Below are positions 41,370 to 54,284 of a DNA stretch of 64,000 nt, one piece after another. This DNA is from the human T2T-CHM13v2.0 reference genome, Homo sapiens. The stretch lies in NCBI RefSeq assembly GCF_009914755.1, contig NC_060928.1, one strand, 5' to 3'. Below the pieces are notes generated by a model. The model was given only the letters and a program-made list of their open reading frames with translations, was not told the origin of the DNA and made no database searches. Made by a program: the position numbers and the translations under genes. The first letter of the stretch is position 1. Every line of letters begins with the position of its first letter.

Positions 41370-42536
41370 TCATTTTATGGCTAAAGAAGCATAGCAGTGG
41401 GCTCATGCTCATGGAATTCACTGGTCTTTCCATGTTTGCCATCATCCTGAAGCAGCTGGATTGATAGGATGGTGGAATGGCCTTTTGAAGTCACAACTAC
41501 CCAAGTAGGTGACAATACTTTGCAGGCCTGGGCAAAGTTCTCCTGAAGGCCTTGTGTACTCTGAATCAGTGTCCAATGTATGGTACTGTTTCTCCCATAG
41601 CCAGGATTCACAGGTCCAAGAATCAAGGGGTGGAAGTGGAAGTGGCATCACTCACCATCACCCCTAGTGATCCACTAGCAAAATGTTTGCTTCCTATCCT
41701 TGCAACATTACCTTCTGCTGGCCTAGAGGCCTTAATTCTAGAGGGAGGAACACTGCCACCAGGAGACATGACAATGATTCCATTAAACTGGAAGTTAAGA
41801 TTGCCACCTGGACACTTTGGGCTTCTCCTACCTTTAAGTCAACAGGCTAAGAAGGGAGTCACAGTGTTGGTTGGGGTGATTGACCCAGACTATCATGATG
41901 AAATCAGTGTACTACTCCATAATACAGGTAAGGAAGAATATGTACAGAATACAGGAGATCCCTTGGGGTGTCTCTTAGAATTACCATGCTCTGTGATTAA
42001 GGTCAAGGGAAACTACACCAGCTCAATCCAGGCAGGAGTACAAACGGCTCAGACCCTTCAGGAATGAAGGTTTGGGTCAGTCCACCAGGGAAAACAAACA
42101 AACAAACAAACAAAAAACATGACCTGCTGAGGTGCTTGCTGAAGACAAAGGGAATACAGAACATGTAGTAGAAGTTAGTCACAATACTAGCTACGACCAC
42201 GTGACCAGTTGCAGAAACGAGGACTGTAATTGTCAAGAGTATTTCCTCCTTTTGTTAAAACATGTTTGTGCATGTGTACACTTGTACTAAGAAAATATCT
42301 TCATTTTATTTCCTTTTTCCTTATCATGTGACATAAGATTTATTGACTTCATATCGGCATTTAAGTGTTGTTAACTTTATTTAATAGCATTTGGATTGGG
42401 GATTGGTGCATTTCTGGTTGTACAAAGGATGGTCGTATTATGCTACGTGCAATTATGCCCCTATTATTGTCTTTATTTGAAGATTATGTAGGATCTCAGG
42501 AGATGTTTATAGGTTCAGGTTGACAAGGGATGGACC
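41366..42536 (+). mobile_element. HERV-L internal 3' fragment (integrase end, dUTPase, PPT)
   Basis: gggctcatgctcatggaattcactggtc..cctgaagcagctggattgatag (integrase region); dUTPase motifs; PPT-like tgacaagggatggac before LTR. Confidence 0.9.
41552..42067 (+). pseudogene. ERV-L dUTPase-containing open frame (171 codons, no ATG at the listed start)
   Basis: IPLNWKLRLPPGHFGLLLPLSQQAKKGVTVLVGVIDPDYHDEI contains dUTPase motif-2 region and motif 3 (GVIDxDY). Confidence 0.82.
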
Positions 42537-42969
42537 TGTGATGGTTAATACGGAATGTCAGCTTGATTGGATTGAAGGATGCAAAGTATTGATCCTGGAT
42601 GTGTCGGTGAGGGTATTGCCAAAGGAGACATTTGAGTCAGTGGGCTGGGAAAGGAAGACCCACACTTAATCTGGGTGGGCACAATCTAATCAGCTGCCAG
42701 TGTGGCCAGAGTAAAAAGGAGGCAGAAGAACGTGGAAAGAACGTAGACTGGGTTAGCCTCCCAGCCTACATCTTTCTCCTGTGCTGGATTTTTCTGGCCC
42801 TCAAACATCAGATGCCAAGTTTCTCAGCTTTGGGACTCAGACTGGCTTCCTTGCTCCTCAGCTTGCAGACAGCCTGTTGTGGAACTTTGTGATCATGTGA
42901 GTTAATACTTAATAAACTCATATATATATCCTATTAGTTCTGTCTGCCTAGAGAACCCTGACTAATACA
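42537..42969 (+). mobile_element. MLT2A (A1/A2) 3' LTR of HERV-L
   Basis: tgtgatggttaatac...cttgattggattgaaggatgcaaagtattgatcctgg...gagaaccctgactaataca. Confidence 0.93.
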
Positions 42970-43283
42970 CCTTTCCATAGCTTCTGATGATAGCTGGCAA
43001 ATTCCGGCATTACTTGGCTTATAGCTGCATCACTCCAATATCTGATTTCTCTGCTTATTAGTAGAGGGACACTAGGAAACAGAGACTCACAGGGAGAAAG
43101 CCACGTGATGATGGAGGCAGATATCCAGTAATACTGGATCAGAAGCCACTCTAACTCAGTATGACCTCATATTAACTTGATTATATCTTTAATGTTGCCA
43201 TTTCCAAATAAGAATTTATTCATGGATACTGAGAATTAGGACTGAAACATATCTTTTTGAGGAATGCTATTCAACCCACCACA
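42970..43283 (-). mobile_element. MLT1B/C-like LTR half, with an internal inversion
   Basis: ttggcttatagctgcatcactccaat...cagtatgacctcatattaact...tttccaaataag...attcaacccaccaca. Confidence 0.78.
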
Positions 43284-43573
43284 AAGGTATTCCTTACTCT
43301 GTTTAGTCTCCTGGTTCAATAAAACCAGTATCACAGATGCTATCATAATACTAATGAGTTGAGAAAAAATTACTTTTAGTTATTGACTGAAATGTGACCC
43401 CACACCTAGGAAAGGTTACAACACATTGCATTAAGTACCAAAAAGCCACTGCTTTGGCATTGAGTGTGCCTTCCTCACTTGTTTGATGCTCTTCTAGTCC
43501 CTTTTTTTGCCTCACCTTTGCCTAAAGTATGTAGGGTGCAACATTTTGGACAGAATTATGTAATCTCCTCTGA

Positions 43574-43906
<333 letters not shown>

Positions 43907-44733
43907 TATGCCACCTGTTTCAAACCTCTTCTTATATGTCTTTCCTCGTATGCAACTTCCATGCCTGTGTATCAATCTTCAGGATTATGTAAAATGTGAG
44001 AGTCATTCTGATAGTTCATCATATTATAAATTTTCTAAACTAATTTTAAAAAATAAATTAATCTATGAAGTATTAGTTCAGGGAAGTGTTAATTTTAATA
44101 ATATTTCTTACGGCATGAAAAACGAGTGCTACATGAACAATAAATTTAGTAAACGTGGGTGCTAAAGCTCCTCTTTCAGATTCTCAAGGTTTTTAGACTA
44201 CTTAGGTTTGTGAGAATTCTCACAAACAAAAGCAAATGAATGAAACATGTTTAGCTTGGTTTAAGTCAGCATTTCTCAAAAGTATTTAATCATAAGACAC
44301 ATTGAGAGGAGCCACATTGTGGAGCTTTTTTATAGCCTCTGTTTAGAAAATAAAATAAAATTGTCAGCATTTTGGTTTGTCTCTCCACACAGAAGGATTT
44401 TCTAAATTAGTTCTATAATCCAAACAAATTAGAGCCAATAATGATAACCTCAGACAATGGCACTGGTTTCAATGGGACATATCACTTTTTAGGATGTGTT
44501 TTACTATATATGGTAAAAATTTGGGTTCCAGTGACACATTTATTATTGATTGATACTACAATTTCAGGTTTAGTATATATTAACTGCAAAATTATAAGAA
44601 AAAGTAATGGAAATTTGTGTAGAACATTTAAAAAATAATATTCATTATAAAAAAGAGAAATTAGAAACAAATAAAATAATCAATTTTAAAATTAACTAAA
44701 ATATAAGCCAAAATTTAGAAATATATGTAACAT

Positions 44734-45205
44734 AATGGCTTCCAGGTCCATTTATGTCATTGCAAAGGACACAATCTCATTCTTTTTTATGGTTGCATAG
44801 TATTCCATGGTGTATATGTTCCACATTTTCTTTATCCAGTCAATAATTGATGGACATTTAGGTTGATTCCATGTCTTTGCTATTGTAAATAGTTCTGCAA
44901 TGAACATATGCATGCATGTGTCTTTATAACCTTAGCAAATTAACACAGGAACAGAAAACCAAATACCACATGCTCTCACTTACAAGTGGGAGCTAAAGGA
45001 TGAGATCACATGGGCACATAGAGAGGAATCTTTTGGAGGATGGAGAGTGGGATGAGGGAGGGGATCAGGAAAAATAACTAATGGGTACAAGGCTCAGTAC
45101 ATGGGCAATGAAATAATCTGTATAATAAACCCCCATGACACAAGGTTATCTGTGTAACAAACCTGCATGTGTACCCCCGAACTTAAAATAGAAGTTAAAA
45201 TATAT
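44734..45205 (+). mobile_element. 5'-inverted (twin-primed) short L1PA13-15-like insertion
   Basis: Antisense piece 44734-~44929, sense piece ~44930 to tail; TSD atata(t/g)gtaacat. Confidence 0.87.
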
Positions 45206-45699
45206 ATATAGGTAACATTATTAAAGAAGAAAACCTGAGAGAAAAAAAAAGTAATAAATCCAATCTATCAGTGCCAACCTGTTTTTGCTTCTAAGAGAAA
45301 ATCAAAGATTATCTATTTTGATATGTCATAAAAAAAGAATACAGGGCGGTGAGTTAAAGCATTTCTAAATTACTCAAGATCAGCATGCATTCCTTTCCTT
45401 TCAATGGTCTTTTCTAATACTATGCTCCTTTTAAGTTTCTTTTCTTTCTTTAAAAAAGCAAAACAAATTTTTCCCTTTGCAATGAATTTTAAATTCATTC
45501 ATGTAGATACAAATCACAGTAGAAAATTATGAAATTTGGCAACTGTAAAATGTACTGTATTTATATGTAATTCTTATTCTAAATGATGCCACAAAGGCTA
45601 AATTAGAAGTTTCAAGTGTGCATGAAATTTCCTATATTTTTAATGTGTACGATGAATTTAATTCTTTTTGAATACTGAAGTCTGACAATTGCTATGAAA

Positions 45700-45910
45700 A
45701 AAAATATGGGTTCCAGAATCACACTGCCTGAGTTTGAATTACTTCTGCAGAATTACAAGTTATGTCTGTTTGGCCAAATCACTTATCTCTCTGACTCAGT
45801 TTCCTCATTTATAAAATGATTATAATAACAATAATACCTCCTTATGACATCGTTAAAGAGATGGGTTAATCTATGTAAAATGCCTAGCAGAGTGTTCAGC
45901 ACACCAGCAC
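45700..45910. mobile_element. MIR SINE
   Basis: ctgcctgagtttgaat...tcacttatctctctgactcagtttcctcatttataaaatg...tatgtaaaatgcctagcagagtg. Confidence 0.78.
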
Positions 45911-45955
45911 ACACTTCAGTCTAAACCTGAAGACTATTTATCTCAGTCTTTCTCG

Positions 45956-45957
<2 letters not shown>

Positions 45958-45987
<30 letters not shown>
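45958..45987. repeat. (CA)n microsatellite
   Basis: Direct reading. Confidence 0.95.
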
Positions 45988-45988
<1 letters not shown>

Positions 45989-47307
45989 ATTATTATGTTT
46001 AAAATCATATTGAATGGTGGACATTTCCATCACTGTTCCATCTTAGAGTTGGAGCTTTTTCTTTGGTTTTGAAAAGTACACTATGTTGGGAGTTAGGCTA
46101 TTGGAGCTCTGGATCCAATTCTGGGACTACTCCTCTGGGGAGCCTAATGCAAATCAATTCTCTTTTCAGGCTTCTATTTGCTTTACCTGTAAAATGCACA
46201 CAAGATGTAAAAGGTCTCTGCCAGTCCTCAAATTTAAAAATCTACTTAAAAAATTCAACTAGTTTCAGTGTAATTGGTATCTTGTCATGAATACACACTT
46301 TTTATTTTCACACACCGCATACAACTTTTCCACATTGCAGTAGTTTTTACTTTCTGTTAGTTGTTGCCACAGCAGTCCACAACATGAATCGCATTAAGAT
46401 GATCTTATAGGATGCCTAAAAGACTTCAAGGAAAGCATTGAAATGTTTAAAATACACTTACTACACATTCTGTACTCATTTCACTAGGGATTTAGAGATC
46501 AGGCAGCCTAATATAGGGTAAGAAATGGACCTGGACTCACCAGACCCAAACAGAGATCTTGGTTCTACCACTTTTCATTTGCTCAAGTTCTTTCAGCCTC
46601 AGGTTTTTATCTGTATGATGGAGTTCGTATATTCATAGAATTATTATAATATGTATAACAAATTTATAAAACAATGTCTATTCTATAGTAGATGCTGAAC
46701 ACATGTGTGTTGTTATTATTGTCAGGGAATCCAATGTTTTTGCAGATGAGAAAACTGAGATAACAGAAGTAATTAACGATAAAGCTGTGAATGAATTGAG
46801 GTTTTGAGCTGGATTATTCTTCCCTTTTTGTAACAATTGTATTCCAGAAAGGATGCCTGTAAAATCAATCTTAGTTGCTTTAGTCATCCAGTTTGATTAA
46901 TCCCTCAAAAGCCCTAAATCACTTGGGGTTAGTTTTCAAAATGAATTAATATTTTGAATCAAAATCTTCAGATTCAGTGATTTTTCTAGTAGGTAAGACA
47001 TTAGAGAAGATTTCTATCAAGATGAAATACTAAAAACAATTTAAGTTAGTTTAATTCCAAAGATATTTATTAATTATGTATACTATAAATGACAAAAATG
47101 TAGAAATATTTATTTTAGAACTTGTTAGGGGAAAATCTGTCATCTACTCAACTTTATTTTTCTATAAGGAGATTCTTTGCTGGATCTCAGCATGGGTGCA
47201 TTTATTCATAAAATAATATTTACTTAAAACCTACTATATTTCAGGCACTACTCTAGATGAAGAGAAGAGATTGGTGAAATCTATTTTCATGGATTTGCTA
47301 TGGAGGA

Positions 47308-47849
<542 letters not shown>

Positions 47850-47850
<1 letters not shown>

Positions 47851-48240
47851 TAGTAGGATGAGTCATCCAATAAACAAGTAAACAAACAAATGAGCAGGAT
47901 AATTTCAGATACTATAAATAGATCAGGATTATATAATAGTGACCAGGGAACTACTTTGTATTTGCAATATTATACACAGTAACAAGAGGACTACTTTGTA
48001 TTTGTATTGTTATTGAATGTCTTTCTAAGGTGGTGACCTTTGAACTGAGACTAGAATGATAAGAACCTGAGAATCATGATAAAATCAGGTAGCAAATTGT
48101 TTCAGGACCAAGTACAAAGGACTGATCAAGAACTACAGTGGCTAGAATTTTGTGAGTGAGGCTAAGAGTGGTGAGAGAGAAGATTGGATATCAGGCTGGG
48201 GCTGAGTCATATGGGCTCCTATTTGAAGAAGTGTGGCATT
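47850..48240 (-). mobile_element. L2 fragment
   Basis: ctaaggtggtgacctttgaactgagactagaatgataag...agtacaaagg...cagtggctagaa. Confidence 0.65.
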
Positions 48241-51200
48241 TGACCTGGAAAAGTGGAGAAAACTTGACATGTTACATCATTTCTTATTGGTTCAAAATAA
48301 AGTTTAGTGTTCATGTGTGACCTCTTCTCTATTTTTATTTCCTCTCTTTATACCTAACATAAGTGTGTAGAGCAAGGTCACCTTTTTCTTTACGGATAGA
48401 AGTTTGCATATTTTTGCTCTTCTTCTAATTCTCCTTTGTCACTGGGTAGACCACTCTGGGTGCTTCTGGGCCACAATCTTAGGTTCTCAGAGAGACAGAG
48501 AAGGCATTGCCCCATTCTCCGGTATTTTATCAGTAATAAAGTTTATCGGTAATAAATCACTGTTTTATTGCTGATTTGGCTTATTGTGTGCTCCTCCGTG
48601 ACTACAACCAAGAGAGAGAAGGAAAGAGGATAAATTAGTAGCCTCGTAGCCAGATTTATTTCAGTTAAGTGTAATGGTTTTGATATCACCACATAGAGTC
48701 CACAGAAAACTTAAATGAACAAAACACAATTTACACACAGAATAAATAAACCAGCTAAGCAATATAGAATCTAATCAGATTCTAAAATGCAAATGAAATC
48801 TTGCTGTTTTCTGCATTTTACACTGTAATTGGCTGTGTAAACCATGGGTAAATGAGCAAAGAATTATTAAAATGAAAAGCACTGTATAAGTAACCACGAC
48901 TATTCTAACTAAAAGGGTCTCTGTTAAGAGAACAGTAAAGGTCATACCTATGAGGTTGGCAAAGTTTCAAGAATCCTCTAAGTATTTCTCCTAATAACCC
49001 TTAGAGAATGCTTCACTGACAGTATCCTTGTATTAATTTTGCTTTCTTTAAAAGCACTCTTAAGTTGCTTTACTCATGTAATCATCATGAAATCCCTATT
49101 GTTATTCGTTGTTATCACTGGTAGTATTAATATTGATGAATAAATATTATTATTATTATTAATTTATACAATTGAATTTAGTGGCAGAGCTGGGATGTTA
49201 AGTCATTCAAATCTAGAGTTTATGCGTTTAAGATGTGGTACTCACAGCACCACTGGAGGTTGTTATGGAGTGGGCTTTGCAGTCATATGGAACTAGATTC
49301 AAATCTGAGATCTGTTTCTCACAGGCTGCATGATATGAAATATCTCATTTACTTAGCGATGAAATCTTGTTTCCATATCTTTAAGTTGTGGATCCAATAC
49401 ATAATTCATCATTTGCAGTATTCAGTGAGTTAAAATTGGGAGAATGTCTAATACAGCATCTCTCCCCAGCATAGATACTCTATCAGGAACAATCATTTTC
49501 ATGATTGCTGCATTTAAATAGCAATAGAGTAAATTCCAGCATTTCTGCATGACACTTCACCTTAAGAAAGTAATATGCTAACAATTGCTTGACTAAATTT
49601 GGCTTGGATATCTAAAATGTAACTGACACATTGTAAAATAAAAATGGAAATTCTATTAATTACAGACACAGGAATTAAGAACACATGCAAATTAGTTTAT
49701 TATAGCTCTAATATTTACATGGATTGGTAGCAGGAGCTTTACATTGTGGTTAGGAGTCACACACATGCTTCTGTGAATGACATACAACCACACATCAAAA
49801 GACGTTTAGAGCCTAGACCCAAAGCACAGAGTTATTATACAACCAGGCTGTAAGCAGATTATTTTATCCTGTGGATTCACCTTTTTTATAGTAAATACTT
49901 TTGCAGGTTTTATGTAAATCCAAGTTAAAGAAATCCAAAAGCTATATTTAAGAAACTCATACTTGTTGAGCTCATGTATTATTTGTAGTCACTATTCTGT
50001 GTCTGGAGTAAGAAGGTCAAATGAACAGCATCCCTTAGAAACCCAGGCCAAGTCAGGGCCTGTTTTTGTTTGAATATTTCACATTTCTTTTAAATTGGAG
50101 TACTAGGTAAAATCAGGATAAAAGTTCAGTCTCCCATGATAATTTTTTTATTATAAGAAAGTTTTACACTGGCTATTATTTATTTAGCTAGATAATTCCA
50201 TGGTTTATGCCAAATAATTTCCTGGTCATTTTAGATTTGTTTTCAATCCTTTCAAAAAGCCTATAGAATATTATTAGGGAACATGATTCAGCAGGACATT
50301 AAATAACTTGCAAGGATTATACATCTGGAACTGAAGCAGCCATTTGGAGTTTAGGATCTTTGGTTCCAAAGGCTTACCCTTTTCTCTATGCCATTCTTCC
50401 TCACACTTGCAGCTGATGAATAAAAAAGCTTTCAATCTCCCAGCATAAACGTAGTTATCTAGAAGATGTTATTTGAGTCCACTGTGATCTAATCAAAGTT
50501 TCTGTTCTTTTTTTTGTATCACATTTTGGGGTTGAATAAAAGGAATTGAATTGGAACATATGCTTCTGATTCTCTGTCCCCCACTTCCCCCAAAAAGCAC
50601 TCTTGTCCCACACAATGTGAGGAGCTAGCACTAGATAGTTTAATACTTTATATAGTTGTATCTTTTTAAGATCAACATGTCTTGTTCCTTCAATCACAAT
50701 TTCTGTCAGTTCAATTAAAAAAATTATCTAAGACCACTATTTGTCAGTATTCAACTATTTTCTCAACCAGATAATTTCAAAACTTTTCACCTCATGTCTA
50801 AACAGGTTATTACTTTAAGTTCTCCAAGTCAGGGTGAAGGCCTTGACTTGGAAGAAAGATTATAGCAATATAAGACCAAAACTTATTTTATTACCAAAGT
50901 TAATTCTTTTGTCTGATTTTCTGAAGTGGAGAAAAATCTTTGGAGTGCTCACTAGTGAAATGTATTTAACATGATTCTTCATTTGTGATTTGGCATCTCT
51001 GGTGTATATATGGAGACTTTTTAAATTTCCATAAAGGGGGAAAAAGGTGAATAATTTGGAAAAGGGGGTAACAGAAAAACCACCTGTACTGTTTAAATTA
51101 AAAATGCTAAATTCGATGTCTATTTTTAAAACTATGCAAATGGAAAAACACATGGTCTAATTTTATTCATTCAATATGGAAATTTTAATGAATTGATATT

Positions 51201-51446
51201 CTGGGCATAAAAACACAATGCAGTTCGCCTGGACTAAGTTGTTGTTTGTACTTGTAAAGAGGATACACCACAGCACCCACCTTGGACCATTTGGTGAGTC
51301 TGGCTCATGTATAGAGTTGCAATCCACACCCGTGAAGGTTCAGCCTCTAATTCAACACTGTGACGGAGAGAAGAATGCTTTGAAAGTGGTTGTGAAAAGT
51401 CTAGTGAACATCTGGGGATTTTTGACTGGCCAAATTTTATGTTTGT

Positions 51447-51568
51447 TCCTCTGATTTTTCCACTGAAGAACTCACCTTTCCATTCTACAAAGTCCTGGTG
51501 GAACTGTCCTCTGATTTTTCCACTGAAGAACTCACCTTTCCATTCTACAAAGTCCTGGTGGAACTGTC
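51447..51568 (+). repeat. Perfect 60-bp tandem duplication
   Basis: tcctctgatttttccactgaagaactcacctttccattctacaaagtcctggtggaactg x2, plus tc microhomology. Confidence 0.95.
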
Positions 51569-52789
51569 AATCAAGATGCCACTTTTTCCCTGGCAAATGG
51601 ATTACATGAGTTCAACTTCTGGTTAGTTACTATAGCTCCCAGAAAGTGCATTTTGAGTCATGTGACTAAAAAATGCACGCCATAGGCAGCTCTCTTAGGA
51701 AAATTCATTATTTCCTGCTACGCCCACCTGAGGACTCCTCTGATAAATGTTTTTCCACCTTTCCTTTGATTCTGTGAGATGCCTCAAATTCTCAATGAAC
51801 AATATGCAGTCTCTCGATTTTTCTTTCTTTCACTTTGATTAGTCAGATTTATTTTGCTTGCAACCAAAAAACATTAATAAGTGCATAGATTTTTAGAAAT
51901 TTCACTTAAAAAAAGTACATTAAATAAAAACTACAGCACTACCATTTTATAGATTTGAAATAGTAATAGCATAGTGGTCATATTAATTTCCCTTTTTCAT
52001 TCCTCACTCCTTAGACAAATTTCAACATATTTTTTTCTCTAACAATTTCAATAAGATAGGCTTGGATGATAGCCATGAACAATGCTGAGTTCTCAGGTTT
52101 TGGGAGAGAGGATGGTAAAATACAGGCTGAAGGGTACTAGATGAGAACGTATCTGGCTGCTTTTAAAGTGTAGATTAAGGAAGATAGTTGCATATAAATT
52201 TATTTTGCTTTGTTGTAGCTGATACGCACAAACACCTTTGTCCTTTATACCTGGCCTTCTATTTTATTAATACATAAAATGTTTAATTTTATAATTAAAT
52301 AAGTTACCACCCTGGTCTGTGATTATTCTCACAGTTTTAGAAAAGACATAGAAAAATACAAATTCCCACATGGAATAATTTCATTCAAGTGGAATATCAG
52401 AAGATGTTTCTCTATATATTTCTGGTCTCAAATGCATTTCTTAACCAATTAAATGAAATTTCAAAGCCATATTTATTGACCTTCTTATTGTATATCTCAC
52501 TGATAGAGATGGGTTCTAGGTGGATGGTGAGGGGATCTTCTGTTCCCTTCATTTCACATCTGGGGTACTTTTGTCTGTTTCTCACTATAAGCAATCAGAG
52601 TTCACATGGAGCATGGATTTCCTCTTATCAAGGGGAAAAAGATGTAACAGCCAAAGATAACTGAAGATTGATCCCTCTTCCCACCACACACACACACGAA
52701 TCCATGATGATATAATGTTAGGCCTTAGTACACCTGTGGGGGCTTTGTGTTTTAGCATACAGAGAGAAGTTTATTTGGGTAGCAAATTC

Positions 52790-53030
52790 CTAACTTTTGA
52801 TATTTATAGGACATTTATTTTTGCCAAGCTTCTAATTTTACTCTCACAACAATCTTGTGAATCAGATTCCTATTTAATTTTATTTTAGAAGTAAAGAAAC
52901 CAAGGCTAATAATTTAAGTGAGATGCACTAAGTTCCCCCAGATAGGAAATGTAGGAACTCAAATGAAAATCTTGGCTGTGTAGCACTAGAACCCACATTC
53001 TTTACATTATGCCACACTGCCTTTCCAAAT
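52790..53030. mobile_element. MIR SINE
   Basis: ctctcacaacaatcttgtga...attttagaagtaaagaaaccaaggct...cattatgccacactgcct. Confidence 0.65.
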
Positions 53031-53280
53031 TCCTCTCAGACAAGGCTGGCTCAGACAGCCTCTCAGCAGCACAGATCCCCAGATCTCCTTCTGTTCATCC
53101 GTGTCAGGTACCCACTTCATTAGTTTCAATTTATTGTACAGGTGAAAATAAAGCAGACTTTTGTTTTGGAGATTTTTAGCTAAAATTGCTCCACTCCTTT
53201 TAAAAATTTAATTTGTTTTAGATGAGAGAATACAAATACACATATACCACACCCCCAGTCTTCAAACTAACAGAAACCAA

Positions 53281-53653
53281 TGTATTAATTCATTTTTACA
53301 CTACTGATAAAGACATACACATGACTGGGAAGAAAAGGAAGTTTAATTTGACTTACAGTTCCACATGGCTGGGGAGGTCCCATAATCATTGCTGAGGGAA
53401 AAAGACACTTCTTACATGGTGGCAGCAAGACAAAATGAGGAAGAAGCAAAAGCAGAAACACCTGATAAACTCATCAGATCTCGTGAGACTTATTCACTAT
53501 CATAAGAATAGCATGGGAAAGACCGGCCCCCCTGATTCAATTACCTCCCACTGGGTCCTTCCAGCGGGATTTCTGGGAAATATAATTTTGTGGGAATTCT
53601 GGGAAATACAATTTAAGTTGAGATTTGGGTGGAGACACAGTCAAACCATATCA
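53281..53653 (-). mobile_element. THE1C-like solo LTR
   Basis: gactgggaagaaaaggaagtttaatttgacttacag, gaggaagaagcaaaagcagaaacacctgataaac, caaaccatatca; small internal duplication near 53566-53614. Confidence 0.9.
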
Positions 53654-53912
53654 GCCATATAGAAGGTGAGAAATTAAAATATCAAATTAAAAATTCAATG
53701 AATGATAGATCTCAAGGTTGGAAAGAGTCTTAACAGGCATCAGGCTCAATTCTAATATTTCTGAAGTTAGGCTGTGTAATGAGCTGTTGGCACAAGACCA
53801 ATGTCATTTCATTAAATCATATGCCACATAATCACCACAAAGATTTATACAGTGTTTCCCATTTGTGCCAGACACCATTCTAAGTGAATTGCTGGTATAG
53901 TAATATTATATA

Positions 53913-54284
53913 GGTATTTTAGTTGATTTTCTGTTGCTATAACTAAACACCTGAGACTGAGTACTTTATAAAGAAAATAAATTTACTTCTTAAAATTCTT
54001 GAGGGTGAGATTTCCAAGAGCTTAGAGCTATCATCTGGTGAGGGCCTTCTTGCTGTGTCACAACATGGTAGAGGGCATCACATGGTGAGAGGTCAAGAGC
54101 ACACATGCCAGCTCTGGCCTCTCTTCTTCTCCTTATAAAACCACCAGTCCCATCATGGGAGCCTCAACCTGATGACTTTATCTAATCCTAATTAACTCCC
54201 AAAGGCCCCTCTGCAATCAACATATGATTTGGGGGATTAAGTTTTCAACACTTGAAATTTGGGAGACACATTAAAACCATAGCA
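53913..54284 (-). mobile_element. MSTD-like MaLR solo LTR nested in a MIR
   Basis: ctgttgctataactaaacacctgagactg...catctggtgagggccttcttgctgtgtca...ccaccagtcccatcatggg...aaaccatagca. Confidence 0.82.

Noticed and set aside
47950-48560. Short 15-17-bp direct repeats (actactttgtatttg x2; ttatc(a/g)gtaataaa x2)
   Set aside because: Ordinary slippage-size duplications; no higher-order array
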